Shown in pieces: positions 25,715 through 37,549 of a stretch of 64,000 bases of DNA (positions within the stretch are counted from its first letter, which is position 1; every line of letters starts with the position of its first letter). The DNA is taken from contig CM052817.1 in assembly GCA_028534125.1 (NCBI GenBank), positions 65,722,001 to 65,786,000 on the forward strand, read 5' to 3'. The DNA comes from Lama glama (lineage: Eukaryota). Under the pieces are notes generated by a model that saw nothing but the letters and a program-made list of their open reading frames with translations, did not search any database and was not told the DNA's origin. The position numbers were made by a program, and so were the translations under genes.

Positions 25715-26520
25715 ACACATATTGGTGATAGAAGTATAAATCAGTATTACTTTCAAAGAAAGTAATTTGGCATTATCTATCAAGATGAAAAATTCCCACA
25801 TCCTTTGAGCCTGAATTTTCCCTGAAGATATCTTAGCTCATGGTTTAATTAATATATGTACTAGGATGTTTCTTGCAGCAGAGCTTGTAATAGCAAAAAA
25901 ACTGGACACAACTTAAATGTCTATCAATAGGAAACCTGCTAAATAAATTTTGTTAAGTGCATGCAGTAGAATAAAATATAGCTATAAAAGCCAACATATT
26001 CATTCATTAAACAAATTTAATTACTTATCATGTGTCTCTTATGTCCCAGACTCTGTATCAGGCACTGGAGCCTCATGCAACAAATTAAATAGTTCAAAAT
26101 ACTCTCATGTAGTTAATATTCTAGTTGGGTGTCAGAAGCAATAAGTAAATAAATGATGGTGATTAGTTCACTTTGGGAAAAAAGTAAGGAAGATAGGGAA
26201 TGTGGAAGATAGGCAGTGTGAGGTGGTGTTGAACTACATTTAAAATGAAATATCTTTAGTACTAATAGGGAATAATTTCTAATTTATATTATTAAATAAA
26301 AAAGGAAGGTACATAGCAGTATATAAAACACACACACACACATACACACAACTGGAGAATATCTGCTAATATAAAACACCTCTGAAAGATACTAAGAAAC
26401 TGGCAACATTCATTATCTCCACAGAGGAATATTGAGTGAACAGGGGCAGGAGGTAAAAATTTCACTTTGTACTTTTCAAATTTTGTGCCATGTAATGTTA
26501 TTTGTTTTAAAACTTAAATA
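25715..26520 (+). mobile_element. L1ME 3' fragments with an antisense L2 3' end at about 26000-26220
   Basis: GTAATAGCAAAAAAACTGGACACAACTTAAATGTCTATCAATAGG; L2 tail ATTCATTCATTAAACAAAT...TATGTCCCAGACTCTG. Confidence 0.65.
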
Positions 26521-27437
26521 AAGAGTTGGCACAAAAAATAAGTTTGAATTCCCATGTACTCCTGAAGTCCTAATATCAAAAAATCACTTTACATCCTTGG
26601 GAAACACGAATGGTTTGCAGTTTTTGGTAAAGTATTTCTTAATGTAAATATTTTAATGATATAAGAAGAATTTCTCACACTTTTTCTAGAAGTCTGTTCT
26701 CAGAATTTCACTTGCCCAGACACCCGTTCCAAAAGGTAAAAGGATTAGACAAAAGGGCAAGGATGAGGACTCTTTCTCACAAGCCCTTTGCCTAACACAG
26801 GAGGAGACTTGAGTCAGCACTGTCATTGGCACTTAAAGAGAGAGTCAATATTTTAGTGGTTCTAGCCTAATTGTATGATACATTTGAGAATTTACAGAAC
26901 TGATGAGTAATATTAAAGTGATTCTTTAAGAGCCACTATAGGACACATGCCTTTCACAAACTAAAGCTCAGGGAGTTTAAAATCCCACTGTGGTTGCAGG
27001 CTGGAAAAAAATAAGACTCTTTAGGTTGTGTTTCCTCTAAAATTGAATAATATTTGCATTTTTGTTTTTCTGTTTCCATTTCTTCTGAGCAATTTTCTCC
27101 CCCTTTACTCTATCCTTGCCATTCTTAATTTTGCAATCTTCCAAGGTCTTAAATCTGTAATAGATTCCTGGTGAGAATGAGATTAGGCCATGAAATTCTG
27201 CTTTGCTACACCAGCGACCTATCTGGTGGTTTTTTTTTTTTTTAATTTGCCATTTAATACTCCACTGCTCTCCTCAATCCTTAGTTAAGTTCGGCAAGTG
27301 TCCCCTCAGTGCTCTCAGATGTAAGGAGGTATAACTCACTGTAACTGACATTTGCTTAAATTTTCCAGCTTATGAAGCTTCAGCTTTTCCTTCAGCCATT
27401 TATGATTGTGCAAATAGAATCACAAAACCAAAATGGG

Positions 27438-29101
27438 AGGGAACTTTATCACTCAGCGTAAGGTAGGGCTTGTTTCTCACGTAAGAAGAAAAAGCTGAAA
27501 AGACCGAAAAATCAAGAACCCTTCTTGGATCCATAAAAGTGGGGAAGCCAGAGTGCAAACTCCTACCTTCAAAATTGGAGAGACAGACAGGTGAGTACAG
27601 GAAGGCATGGCTTACTGTCACAGACTCACGAGTGGAAACTGCCAGGAGAATCAGTGCAGGGACATCATGTTCAACTATCAAGAAAAAACTACAAGGCGTA
27701 TCAAAAGGCAAAATATATAATTTGAAGAAACAGACCAAGTATCAGAACCAAACATGGCAGTGATGTTGTAATTATTAGGCCAGGAATTAAAACGACTGGA
27801 CTAATATGCTAAGGGCTCTAAGTAGACAGCTTGCAAGAACAGATGGGAATTGTAAGCAGAGATGCAAATCCTAAGGAAAATACATATATACATACATACA
27901 TACATACATACATACATACATACATGCATACATACATGCATGCATGCATGCTAGAGAGTAAAAACACTGTAAAAGAAATAAAAATGATTGAAAGGCTTTA
28001 TTAGTAGACCGGAATGACTGAAGAAAGAATCTCGGACTTAGAGGATGTATCAGTAGAATCCTTGAAAGACCAAAATCAAAGAGAACAAAGACTGAAAAAA
28101 CAGAATATCCAATAATGGTAGGATAACTATAAAAGGTTTAACATGTGTACAATGGGAATACCAGAAGGAGAAGCATCAGAGAAAGGAATAGAAGAAATAC
28201 TTGAAACAAAAATGACTGAGAATTTTCCCAAGTCATACATCCAGGAAGATCAGAGGACATCTAGAAGCAAAAATACCCCTCCAAAAAAATTTTTTTAAGT
28301 ACACTTAGGCATATCATCAAACTAAAGAAAATCAAAGCTAAAGAAAAAAAACCCTGAAAGAAGTTAGAGGAACGAAGCATATTCCCTGTAGGAAAACAAG
28401 AATAAGAATTATAACCAACTTCTCCATAGGAATCATGCAAGCAAGAAGAAGGTAGAAGAAAATATTTAGAGTGTTGAGAGAAAAAAACACCAACAGAATT
28501 CTGTGCCCTGTATCCTTCAAAAGTGACGGAGAAGCAAAGACTTTCTCAGACAAACAAAAATTGAGGAAATTTGTCGCCAGTGAAACTGCCCTGCAAGAAA
28601 TGTTAAAAGTTCTTTAAGAGAGGAGAAAAATAATACAGGTCAGAAGCTCTGATCTACATAAAGTAAGGAAGAGCATTAATAAAGGAGTAGGTGAAGGTAA
28701 AAAAAAAAGAATTTTTATTTTTCTTAGTCTTAATTGCTCTAACAGATAACAGTTTGTTCAAAAAGATAGTACCAACAATGTATTCAATTATATATACTTA
28801 TGTACATATCCTATGCATATATACACGTTTATGTATGCTTATATGTAAGTGAAACAAATGATGGCAATGATACAAGGGACAGGAAAGAGGAATTAAGATT
28901 ATTTTGTTATTATAATGTGCTCAAACTACCCATTAGGTGGTATAGAGTTGCTTAAAAGTGAACTTGGATTGGCTGTAAATGTAGAGTGCAAATTCTAGGG
29001 CAACCACTAAAAAAAGTAAGAAAAGAAATGTAACTAATTTCCTAAGAAAGGAGAGAAAATGGAACCATATAAAATAACTCAGTTGAAACCACAAAAGGCA
29101 G
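27438..29101 (+). mobile_element. L1MC-like 5' region plus ORF1 remnant
   Basis: AATGGGAATACCAGAAGGAGAAG...GAAGAAATACTTGAAACAAAAATGACTGAGAATTTTCC; AAGACTTTCTCAGACAAACAAAAATTGAGGAAATTTGTCGCCAG (ORF1 C-terminus); inter-ORF region follows. Confidence 0.85.
27881..27951. repeat. Compound (CATA)n-(CATG)n microsatellite
   Basis: Directly visible. Confidence 0.9.
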
Positions 29102-29611
29102 TGCAAGTTGAGTAAACTGAGGTCTAGAGAAGGAGCACAGTGGTTTGCTCAGGAAGTCACAGTAAGATGCTGAGCCAGTGAGCACCAAATGTCACCTCCA
29201 GTTCAGTGACTTTCAGACGTAAACAAATTCTCAACCTCATTATACACCTGCCTCCAGCTCTACTGCATTTTTCTCACAGGACAAATTGCCTGACTAGTTC
29301 TTTTGCTCTTATGTATCTATGAATTACTTAATTTCATAATTTTGGTCACTTATTCCTTTGTGGATTAATGTATTCACTAATATATTGGGAAGCCTAAAAT
29401 CAAAAACAATTACCACCATTTCCTTTGATTCTAGTTGGTGAAGACAGCTTGATTTATGCTTTACCAGACATCAGCCCTGATTTCCAGTCGCTGCTGGAGG
29501 GTAGGCAGGGAGCACCATCATTATTTTATCTCAAAACTAGCACAGTATCCAAGACATAATACACCTTCACGCGCATGTGACCGTTTTTAACTTCAGTGGT
29601 ATTTGAACACT

Positions 29612-30066
29612 GTTTTAGGTCAGCTTCCCCAGATGAAGACCGCGAGACCAGGTGTGTGACAGTGATTCAGTACAGATGGGCTCCCAGGAGAAACCTGGGA
29701 AGGAACTAGGGAGCTACGACGACACGCAAGGGCACAATTCCAGCAAAACCTCAACCTCAGCCGCACCCTGCAGGGGAGCTCTGGAATCTAATTTCTACCC
29801 CAGAGCTTGTCCCAACTTGAGGCAAGTTTGCTGAGCTTTCATGACCTGTGCCAGTTAGTCTGTGGTAAGGGCCACCCTCGAGGACATGCGGACCCCCACG
29901 GATGCTGGCGGGCACCAGGGCATCAGTAGCCCTAGGGCAGTTCTCCAGATAGAGTCACAAGGGCCAGCGTCTAGGGGCCAAGCATGCTGAAGCCAGGGGA
30001 TGGACACGCACAGAGTCAGGGGGTTCTGAGCGGACCTGCTGGGGTACTGACAGCATCTGCTTCACA
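29612..30066 (-). mobile_element. LTR16-like ERVL solo LTR
   Basis: Minus-strand start TGTGAAGCAGATGCTGTCAGTACCCC. The opposite end TTTAGGTCAGCTTCCCCAGATGAAGACC resembles the LTR16 terminus. Confidence 0.65.
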
Positions 30067-30269
30067 GATTATCACACTACTCTATAGAAGGGATAAAAAT
30101 ATGATTAATCACCAACACTTATTATCCGAAGCCAAACCTTTGCTTAGGAACACAGGCACTATGGTATCTGCTACCAGCAAAGCCCATTAACAACTCCCAG
30201 GAAATAAAAACAGAACCTGGGTAATGATAAAGTCTAACCTTTTTTTTCCCTTGTGCTTCGTCTGGTTCC

Positions 30270-30630
30270 ACTTCCTCACAGCGGGCCGCCTGCAGACGAC
30301 TCACGCCGGGCACTTCCAACCAGAGTTCCTAGTGCGAAGCAGCTGAGGCCGCAGCTGGCGGGCCGAAGACAGAAGCGCTGCGCTCGGCATCCCTATTCAA
30401 GATGGCGGCAGCGGGGCTGTGAGCAGTGCAGCTGCGCGGGCCCTGTCGGAGCTCCGCCCCCTCTGCTCCTTGGCCCAGCCCGCCGGAGAGCAGCCCCGTC
30501 CACAGCCTGTCGGGGAGAGCAAGTGCTGTAAGGTGGGAGCTTGCACCTCTCCGTTCTTTGATCAGAGACAAGCTTCTCTTTGCTACCGAACCAAACTCCA
30601 TCTCGTTCTGTTGCTCAAATGATGCCCGGT
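30270..30630. promoter_or_regulatory. Small CpG-island promoter, probably driving a minus-strand transcript, possibly bidirectional
   Basis: The densest GC/CpG block in the window. Perfect YY1 motif CAAGATGGCGGC 30398-30409, GC box CTCCGCCCC 30452-30460, ETS cores CACTTCC near 30270 and 30311, three CAGCTG E-boxes. Confidence 0.8.
30305..30430 (-). other. Candidate first exon of an unidentified gene or lncRNA
   Basis: Consensus donor GGC|gtgagt (GT at 30304-30303) lies downstream of the YY1 motif and GC box on the minus strand. TSS position is approximate. Confidence 0.5.
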
Positions 30631-31749
30631 AGGAGGACCCTTGTTGGGGCCTGACTCAAAAGACTCAGTAACAATACCACCATCTAGAAATATTTTTTTC
30701 TAGCATGAATACATATATTTCTAGAATATATATTTCTAGAACTATCCATGTATTTTTTAAAAGTATTTGCATAAGTAAAATATTACTCTTACTCACAGTC
30801 ATATTATTTCATGTTCCCAAAATTTTCCCTGGAGATTTATTTCTCTCCCTTTAAATCCAAATAAATAATTCAGGGTCCTGAGGACTTCACTAGAGTTAGA
30901 GCATCCTGGAGCTCTTATTTTATACACCTTCCAATTTATAAAAATAGATAATCAGTTTTCTCCTTTATCAGCAAGGAGTAGTCAAAGCTTGTTTACATCT
31001 GTCTACTCTTTTGGCATGTAGTTAAAATACTTCATCTCAAAAAAACTAAAATAAAATGAAAAGTTCAGGGAGAATTCTAGCAAATCTTTGGCTAGATCAA
31101 CCAAAGAATTGAAGAGCTCCTCGCTTCTTAACTACACTATTCTCATAATTTTGCTCTTTTAATTTTGCCTCCACTGTAGCTCAGGATTATTAATAATGAA
31201 AACAGAATAAGTTTAAGGGGAACAGATCACTCCTGGCACCGTTTAGAGTAGTGATTCTAATGTAAGTTTTCAACTCCACAGTGTTCATAAATAAATACCA
31301 AAAGGAAAAAGCCATGTAAAAATCACACATTAACTTAGAGCACAGACACATGGATTAAATAAAAGGATGAGTTTATTTTGTCTAAACTAAAAATCACATA
31401 AACCCGATATGACAATGCTCATCATATGCTCATCAGAAGCTGTGTTGGCAGTTACATCTGTTTAAAAGATCAAAATATGCAAAAAAAAAATTTACTTAAG
31501 AAATTTAATTATTTTATTAGACCAATTATCTCAAAACATAAACCTTTCAGTGAAAAGCAACAGAAGGAATTCTTCATTGGTGGAAAAGACAGAAAATCCT
31601 CGCCCTCTCCTACCCATCTCTAGAGTGGTTTAAGTATCTAAGGATGATTATTAATATATCAATAATACTGGTCTCTGGACAAAATAATGTAAACAAAAGC
31701 TCATGTAAACTTATTCTGGTGCTCACCACTTAACATCTTAATATCCAGA

Positions 31750-31925
31750 GCTCCCACGTTCTGTTGCAAAATTTGTACATTGCATGGTAGCTCCAGTCTG
31801 CAGGGCTGAGTGGGGGCTGAAATCCACCCATGCCCTGGAGCCAAGCTGCGGCTCGTAGGGCGGTACCTACACAGAGGAGGTGCCTTTTCTTAATCTGCAA
31901 ATGGCACTACAGAGGACAATGCAGG
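31750..31925. mobile_element. MER91-like hAT-Tip100 MITE
   Basis: GGGGGCTGAAATCCACCC...GAGGAGGTGCCTTTTCTTAATCTGCAAATGGCAC. Confidence 0.55.
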
Positions 31926-32087
31926 CTTGTTCATCTTATTAAAGTACACACACCTGACTAGGTATTTTTCTCTTTGAATCTGAAAGTTTAGCCTCCAGCC
32001 TAGAAATACTCTGAACAACCTAGATATCCAGTTATGAACAATTAATTATGTAATTTCCAAAATATTCCATACTTGGTTTCAAGCTGC

Positions 32088-32562
32088 TGCCAACTAAAGA
32101 ATGTCACTGACCATCCAGCTCTACAAGAATTGAGTCATTTGCCACTGTAGTCACTGACCTTTAACACACCCGGAAAGGAGTTCAGGAGGAGATCAGGAAC
32201 GAGGCACTCTGTGCTCTGGGAAAACTGGCAGAACAGGCCTTCAGCGAGTTCCGCTATTTTCAGGAGAAAGTTTTTTATGGACCCAAACTCTTGCATTTTC
32301 TCATATGTAGAAAAGCACTAAAATCATTAACTAAGACACCCATTCCTAGGGACCAGCAGCAACTTTCTGCCGAGATGTGTGCTTGCTTGCATGTACTCCC
32401 TTTGCCAAAATCCCATATATACTTACCCCATCTCTTACCTCTTCTGAGCAGTTCCTCAGAGCTCTCTGAGAGGCTGTCCCTGGAGCTATAATCCTCAATA
32501 AGTCTCCAAATAAAACTGGAACTCATAGCTGTCATGTTTTGCATTTTTTATCCCAGTCGACA
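32088..32562 (+). mobile_element. Intact ERV1 solo LTR (MER41-like)
   Basis: TG...CA termini with imperfect inverted ends (TGCCAACT / AGTCGACA), exact 4-bp TSD CTGC (32084-32087, 32563-32566), AATAAA near the 3' end. GAGCAGTTCCTCAGAGCTCTCTGAGAGGCTGTC is typical of MER41-related LTRs. Confidence 0.85.
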
Positions 32563-32585
32563 CTGCTGAGGGAAAACTGTAGTTT

Positions 32586-32609
32586 CACACACACACACAC
32601 ACACACACA
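32586..32609. repeat. (CA)n microsatellite
   Basis: Directly visible. Confidence 0.9.
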
Positions 32610-34052
32610 GATATGTTTTTGGGTAGATGAAAATATACTTAGCTAGAAAACTGGTTCAGATATAGGAAAAAATATATTCTTATATGGGTCAGGTAATTGA
32701 TCTCAACAACCACATTCCATAATAAGACATTTTGTCATATAGTATGGAAATAGTCCCAGGGTCACAGAAAAGGTAACCTTTGTAGATTTGGTAATTTCCT
32801 TAAATATCATCTTAGTAGCATCACTAGGATCTAACATTTAGATTTTATCACCCAAACAGAATTATCCCTTTATGTTCCAAAATTAACCTAACTCTTTTAC
32901 TGGATATTTATGACTAGTGTTTTGTATTCATTAAATCCAAATGTCACAATGTATTTTTAATAAAAAGAGATAAATAATCTAATCCTTAAACTATCCAGGC
33001 TATTCTTCTTTGTCCTCAGGGAGCTTATACAGCTTCTGTCATTATAAAATCTGGACAAGACAAGGCTGTCGAGTATCTACCTTTTTATTTTCCATTTTCT
33101 AATTTCTTTCCATTGCTTCATTTACTAAATTCTGTTCCAAAAATTTTAAATATCACATTAAGTAAAAATCTCCCATTTTGTTATCCAAAACTTAATTCTT
33201 CTTCTTTGATGGAAAAAAAAATTCCATTGTTACTCCATCTACTATTGGAGGATTCGCAAAGGTTTAACTCTTTCATTTCCAACTGCTATCTTTACCCTCA
33301 TTCAAATAACAGCCAGTCATTCAGTCTCTCAGTGTCTCCTCTCTCCCCACACCCCTACCAAATACAAAGACACACCCTCTATCTCTTGCACATTCACACA
33401 GAGGAGCTAGAGAAGAAATCTACTTCTCTGTTTGCTCCCGGAAAGACAGGACTAAGGGAAACAGAAGTGTTAATTATTAGAGGAAGACTTGGTAGAGAAT
33501 AGAATGATGCAATGAAGAAATAATCTGGAATCATATGTGAATTTTGTAAAGAAAGCAGTATAGGAAAATAAATAATAAGTGATTAACATCACCTATCGTG
33601 TGCCTTGTGCTGGACTTCCTCCCATAGTAGGTACAATAATAATATAGTCACACACCTAGATACCCTGCAGCTTTCCATCTACTAAGGGGGAAATAATGTA
33701 ATAACGCTTGAAATTATTAGAGAATGTTTTAGTGCAAACTAGAAGTCCAAACAGAATTTACAGATTCAATGGCTTGCACTGGTCAGGAAAGTTTCTATGA
33801 ATGTGAAGGGGCTTGAATTATCTTCAAAGAAGTAAAATTCAGATAAAAGAATGGAGACAGCCATTCCTGGCAAAAAACACATCATAAGCAAAATCAAGGG
33901 AAGAGGAGTGAAGAAAGCATTCTGGTCAGGGAGAGGGAGATGGAAAGGAGGAGGTTAAACCAACAGAAACAATTCCAAAATTTTCACTTGGTTCTTTTTA
34001 AAAAATAATTTGTCTTTATTGATATTCTTTATTTGATGAGACGTTACCTTCA

Positions 34053-34220
34053 TTTATTTTATTTTATTTATTTTTTAAACTTTTTTTTATTGAGTCATAG
34101 TCATTTTACAATGTTGTGTCAAACTCCAGTGTAGAGCACAATTTTCAGTTATGCACGAACATACATACATTCATTGTCACATTCTCTTTCGTTGTGAGCC
34201 ACCACAAGATCCTGTATATA
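34053..34220 (-). mobile_element. Short young camelid-type L1 3' end
   Basis: T-rich tail, then TTTTATTGAGTCATAGTCATTTTACAATGTTGTGTCAAACTCCAGTGTAGAGCACAATTTTCAGTTAT. Confidence 0.8.
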
Positions 34221-35864
34221 TCATTCTAGAATATAGATTGTGCTCTTCAGGTAGAAGGATACTGCCCTCCATGATTGCCTGTTTATCCATCTTAAATCGG
34301 AATTGTAGTACCCTTACTGAAAACTACAGATTTACATTTCTTCCCAATTGTTTTTTAATCGAATGGCTCACCTCCAGGACAGTCTGCTATTGACAACTGC
34401 TCAGAGAGAGAGAGAGGGAGAAAAAATATCTAAATAATTCAGTCCTCATTTCAAAATAGAATCTTTCAAAATGCAGAAGCTGTTTCGAAAGTGCAAACAC
34501 GAAGCAGTCATTCTTCCTACTTCACCCAAAGGACAATGGTCATCCTGTGTAAGAAAAGGCACAATTTGGCTAGCGTACTAACAGTGGAGGCCACGAAAGC
34601 CACTACTTCTTTTGAGAGTTAGAAACTGAGGCATGTGCTGAATTGTATTCTTTAGAGCACAAGTCAAATTATGAGAGTCATACCTCTCATCCCTGGGGAA
34701 ACCAGAAATAGACTTGATTGCATAGTTTCAAAGTCCAACCTTAATGAACCTTTTAAAAGTAGAGCTCCATCCTTTGCCCTCTGAGTATAAATTCAAACTC
34801 TGTCTCGACATTTAGGCATTAGTCTCTTTGCCCTCTCCAAAAAAGTGCAGCAAACGAAGTTATTCACTGTGCGTACCTATCTGGAGCTGATCTAGGGACA
34901 AGGTGACATTTGCTGTGTATCAGTCTTCAGGTTATTGACAATGACTTCTCTATCTTGTGTGAGCATGAATAAAACCACTGCATGTGAAATACTGATGTTA
35001 GTGATAACTATGGAGACACCTGGCATTTGCTCTCCAGTTCTTTGACATTCATGTTTGTACTTTGATCTTCTTGGCTCACACTCATAGCTAGATTTTCTTG
35101 GTGGCACCCTGCCTGGCAGGAGAATCTTATTTGACCCAGTAAGTGACATTATGTCCCGGAGAAACCTTTGCAGGGAGCTGAATCAAAGTGAGAGGTAAAT
35201 ATGATTCTTTTAAAAACCTGCCTCCATTGGAGCCACAGTTGCTCCCTGCAGGGACTTCCAGTGGGAGGGATGCCACATAAAGTGTTCTTGCACTTCATGG
35301 TGTTTATGCATGCTACCTACTGGCATGCACAAAAATGCATGATCTGAGATTCAACAAGATGTCATCCCAGTTCCAGAATACATGGGAACCTCACAAACTC
35401 ATAATATAACCAGAATAAACAGCACCCACCTTTGCTGTTTTTAACCTCTGTTTGAATTTCTAAGATGTCTTTCATTTCTTTCCCATAGAAGGTGTGTAAT
35501 TTTTTTCAATGTGTTCATTCAATAGAGGTTTGTAGAAACAGTGCCTGGATTATGACCAGAGTAGAATTAAAATGTATGTTAAAAAATAAACATGGTTTTG
35601 TGAACAAAATCAGAGAGGGAAGGACTTCATTAGTGAGCTAGATAACAGAAGGAACTAAGTGTAATAATGATAGCAAAGAAAAAAATAAAAGAAATATAGC
35701 AGAATTATCACTTCATGAGTACTTTTTGTTCTTGATTGACGTTTTTCAAGGGATGCTATGGTCAATAATAAAAGAATATCTGAGAAAACACTTCATTGAA
35801 ATTTATTTGAATTGCAAGTGAAGAGAAGAAATAGACAATAACTTTTTTTGCTATCAGAATTTGT

Positions 35865-36350
35865 GCAATTTAGTTTGTCCCCTTCCCCTACTACAAGCAC
35901 CCTTTTCCATCCCTCTCTGTCCTGGTCCTGCCCTGGGAGGCTGACCTCTGGGGAATGCATTACCAGACTTCTTGCTTCTGCTGGGATTTGGTCAATGAGG
36001 GGCAAGGCGCTGGAAGGCTAGCAGAGAGAAGGTCAGGATATTTCTTCCCTAACTCCTCCCTGCTTTGTGGCTGTGTCTCTGGCAGTAGTCACATCCATAC
36101 ACTTTAGTTAAGCCCCTACCTGGTGCCCCATCATCCAGAGTCCCGCCCTCCTCAGGCTTTGGCAGCTACTTTTTCATGTTTTCACCTCCTCCATTCAAAC
36201 CTGGGGCTGGTAAAAGCTTCCCACTCTGGCTAGTGCCTGGGTACCGCATACCATTTGTTTGCTCAAACTCTGAAAGAAGTCCCCCACTGCAGTCTCGTTA
36301 TTTGCACTTTCTGGGGCAAATTCTGAGCCCTGTTGGAAATTTGACTAATA
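35865..36350 (+). mobile_element. LTR33-like ERVL solo LTR
   Basis: CCCTGGGAGGCTGACCTCTGGGGAATGCATTACC...GGGATTTGGTCAATGAGGGGCA...GGTAAAAGCTTCCCACT...TGACTAATA end. Confidence 0.7.
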
Positions 36351-37549
36351 AGAATCAGGGAAGGTCAGAGCTTGAAGACATCTTTAGGAAGGAAGTCCAA
36401 TCTTCACTTTAAGAACAGGGGAATCTAGGCTTTGTCAAGTAAAGTTGCCCAAGTTCTCACAATTAACAACTAACAGAGCTGAAGGGACTAGACCTGTCCT
36501 CGTGATCTCTTGATGAGTGGTCCAGCTTTCAGCTCCTTCCAGAGAGTACCATGTCAGTATCAATTTATCGGCTGGTAAAAGGGAGAAGAAACTAAAGAAT
36601 GTAAATTGGATTGCCGTGCAAATGTGATATGTAAATTAACTTTGTATTTATTAATTTGTACCAAAAAGATCTTTGACACACACAAGAAAATCAGATGGAA
36701 GGTCAGTCATGACACAGAGCAAAGTGTTTTCTTTTTGCCTTCGAAAATTTTGTCCTAATGTCACATTTCAGCATTCTAATTTCCCTACTACAAATATAAC
36801 ACATTTTTTAATAACTCAAATACCTAAATTATCACATATTCTAATTTACTGATACATCTAGTAAAATGGTTAGAAATGTGGCAATATGCCATGTGAGTCT
36901 AAATTGGAGGGAAAAGAAGGAAGTATTTTTCTTCAAATATAGTCAGGAGTGACTGGGGGAGTGTGAAGGCCTGAGGTCTAGCCCCAGCCTCATCACTGAT
37001 TCCATAACTTCCTTCTCTGGTGTCAGTTTGTATGTCTCCAAACAAAGGCAGGGCTCAGATGATTTATATTCTCTGTCATCTCCACTATTCAATAATTGTA
37101 CAAAAGAGAAAATTAAATCAAGAACCCCTCCTCCAGTTCTGTCATTAATAAAATACAGAGAAAATTTCTGAAATAATTTGTACTTGCCTTTCATATTTTA
37201 ATTTTTGTATTTTACAAATACAAAAAAAAAGAAAATGTAATTACTATTTCCTCACTAAAGCTAGAGTTCATGGGAAATAAAATGTTGAAAGTGTAGTTCT
37301 TTTGTCTCCTAGCTAGTCTAAGAAGAATATAACTATAGAGCAGTTTTTCTTAATGCTTTTAGGTCATTAACCACTTTCAAGATCTTCTAAGGATTGTCTA
37401 CAATTTCAGGGTTCTACAAATTAAGGCATCCATGCACTTCTGTTACAAATTTCTTTTTTTCTCCTGCAAATAATTGTACATTTTATGATCAAATTTCCAT
37501 TTCCAGTCTTTCCCCAATAGTCTTTTATTATTGTTAAATATTTAACATG

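Noticed and set aside
30402..30532. Similarity of MAAAGL...SLSGR to the LRCH3 N-terminus
   Set aside because: Only two short low-complexity word matches, the intervening sequence differs, and no LRR exons are found downstream.
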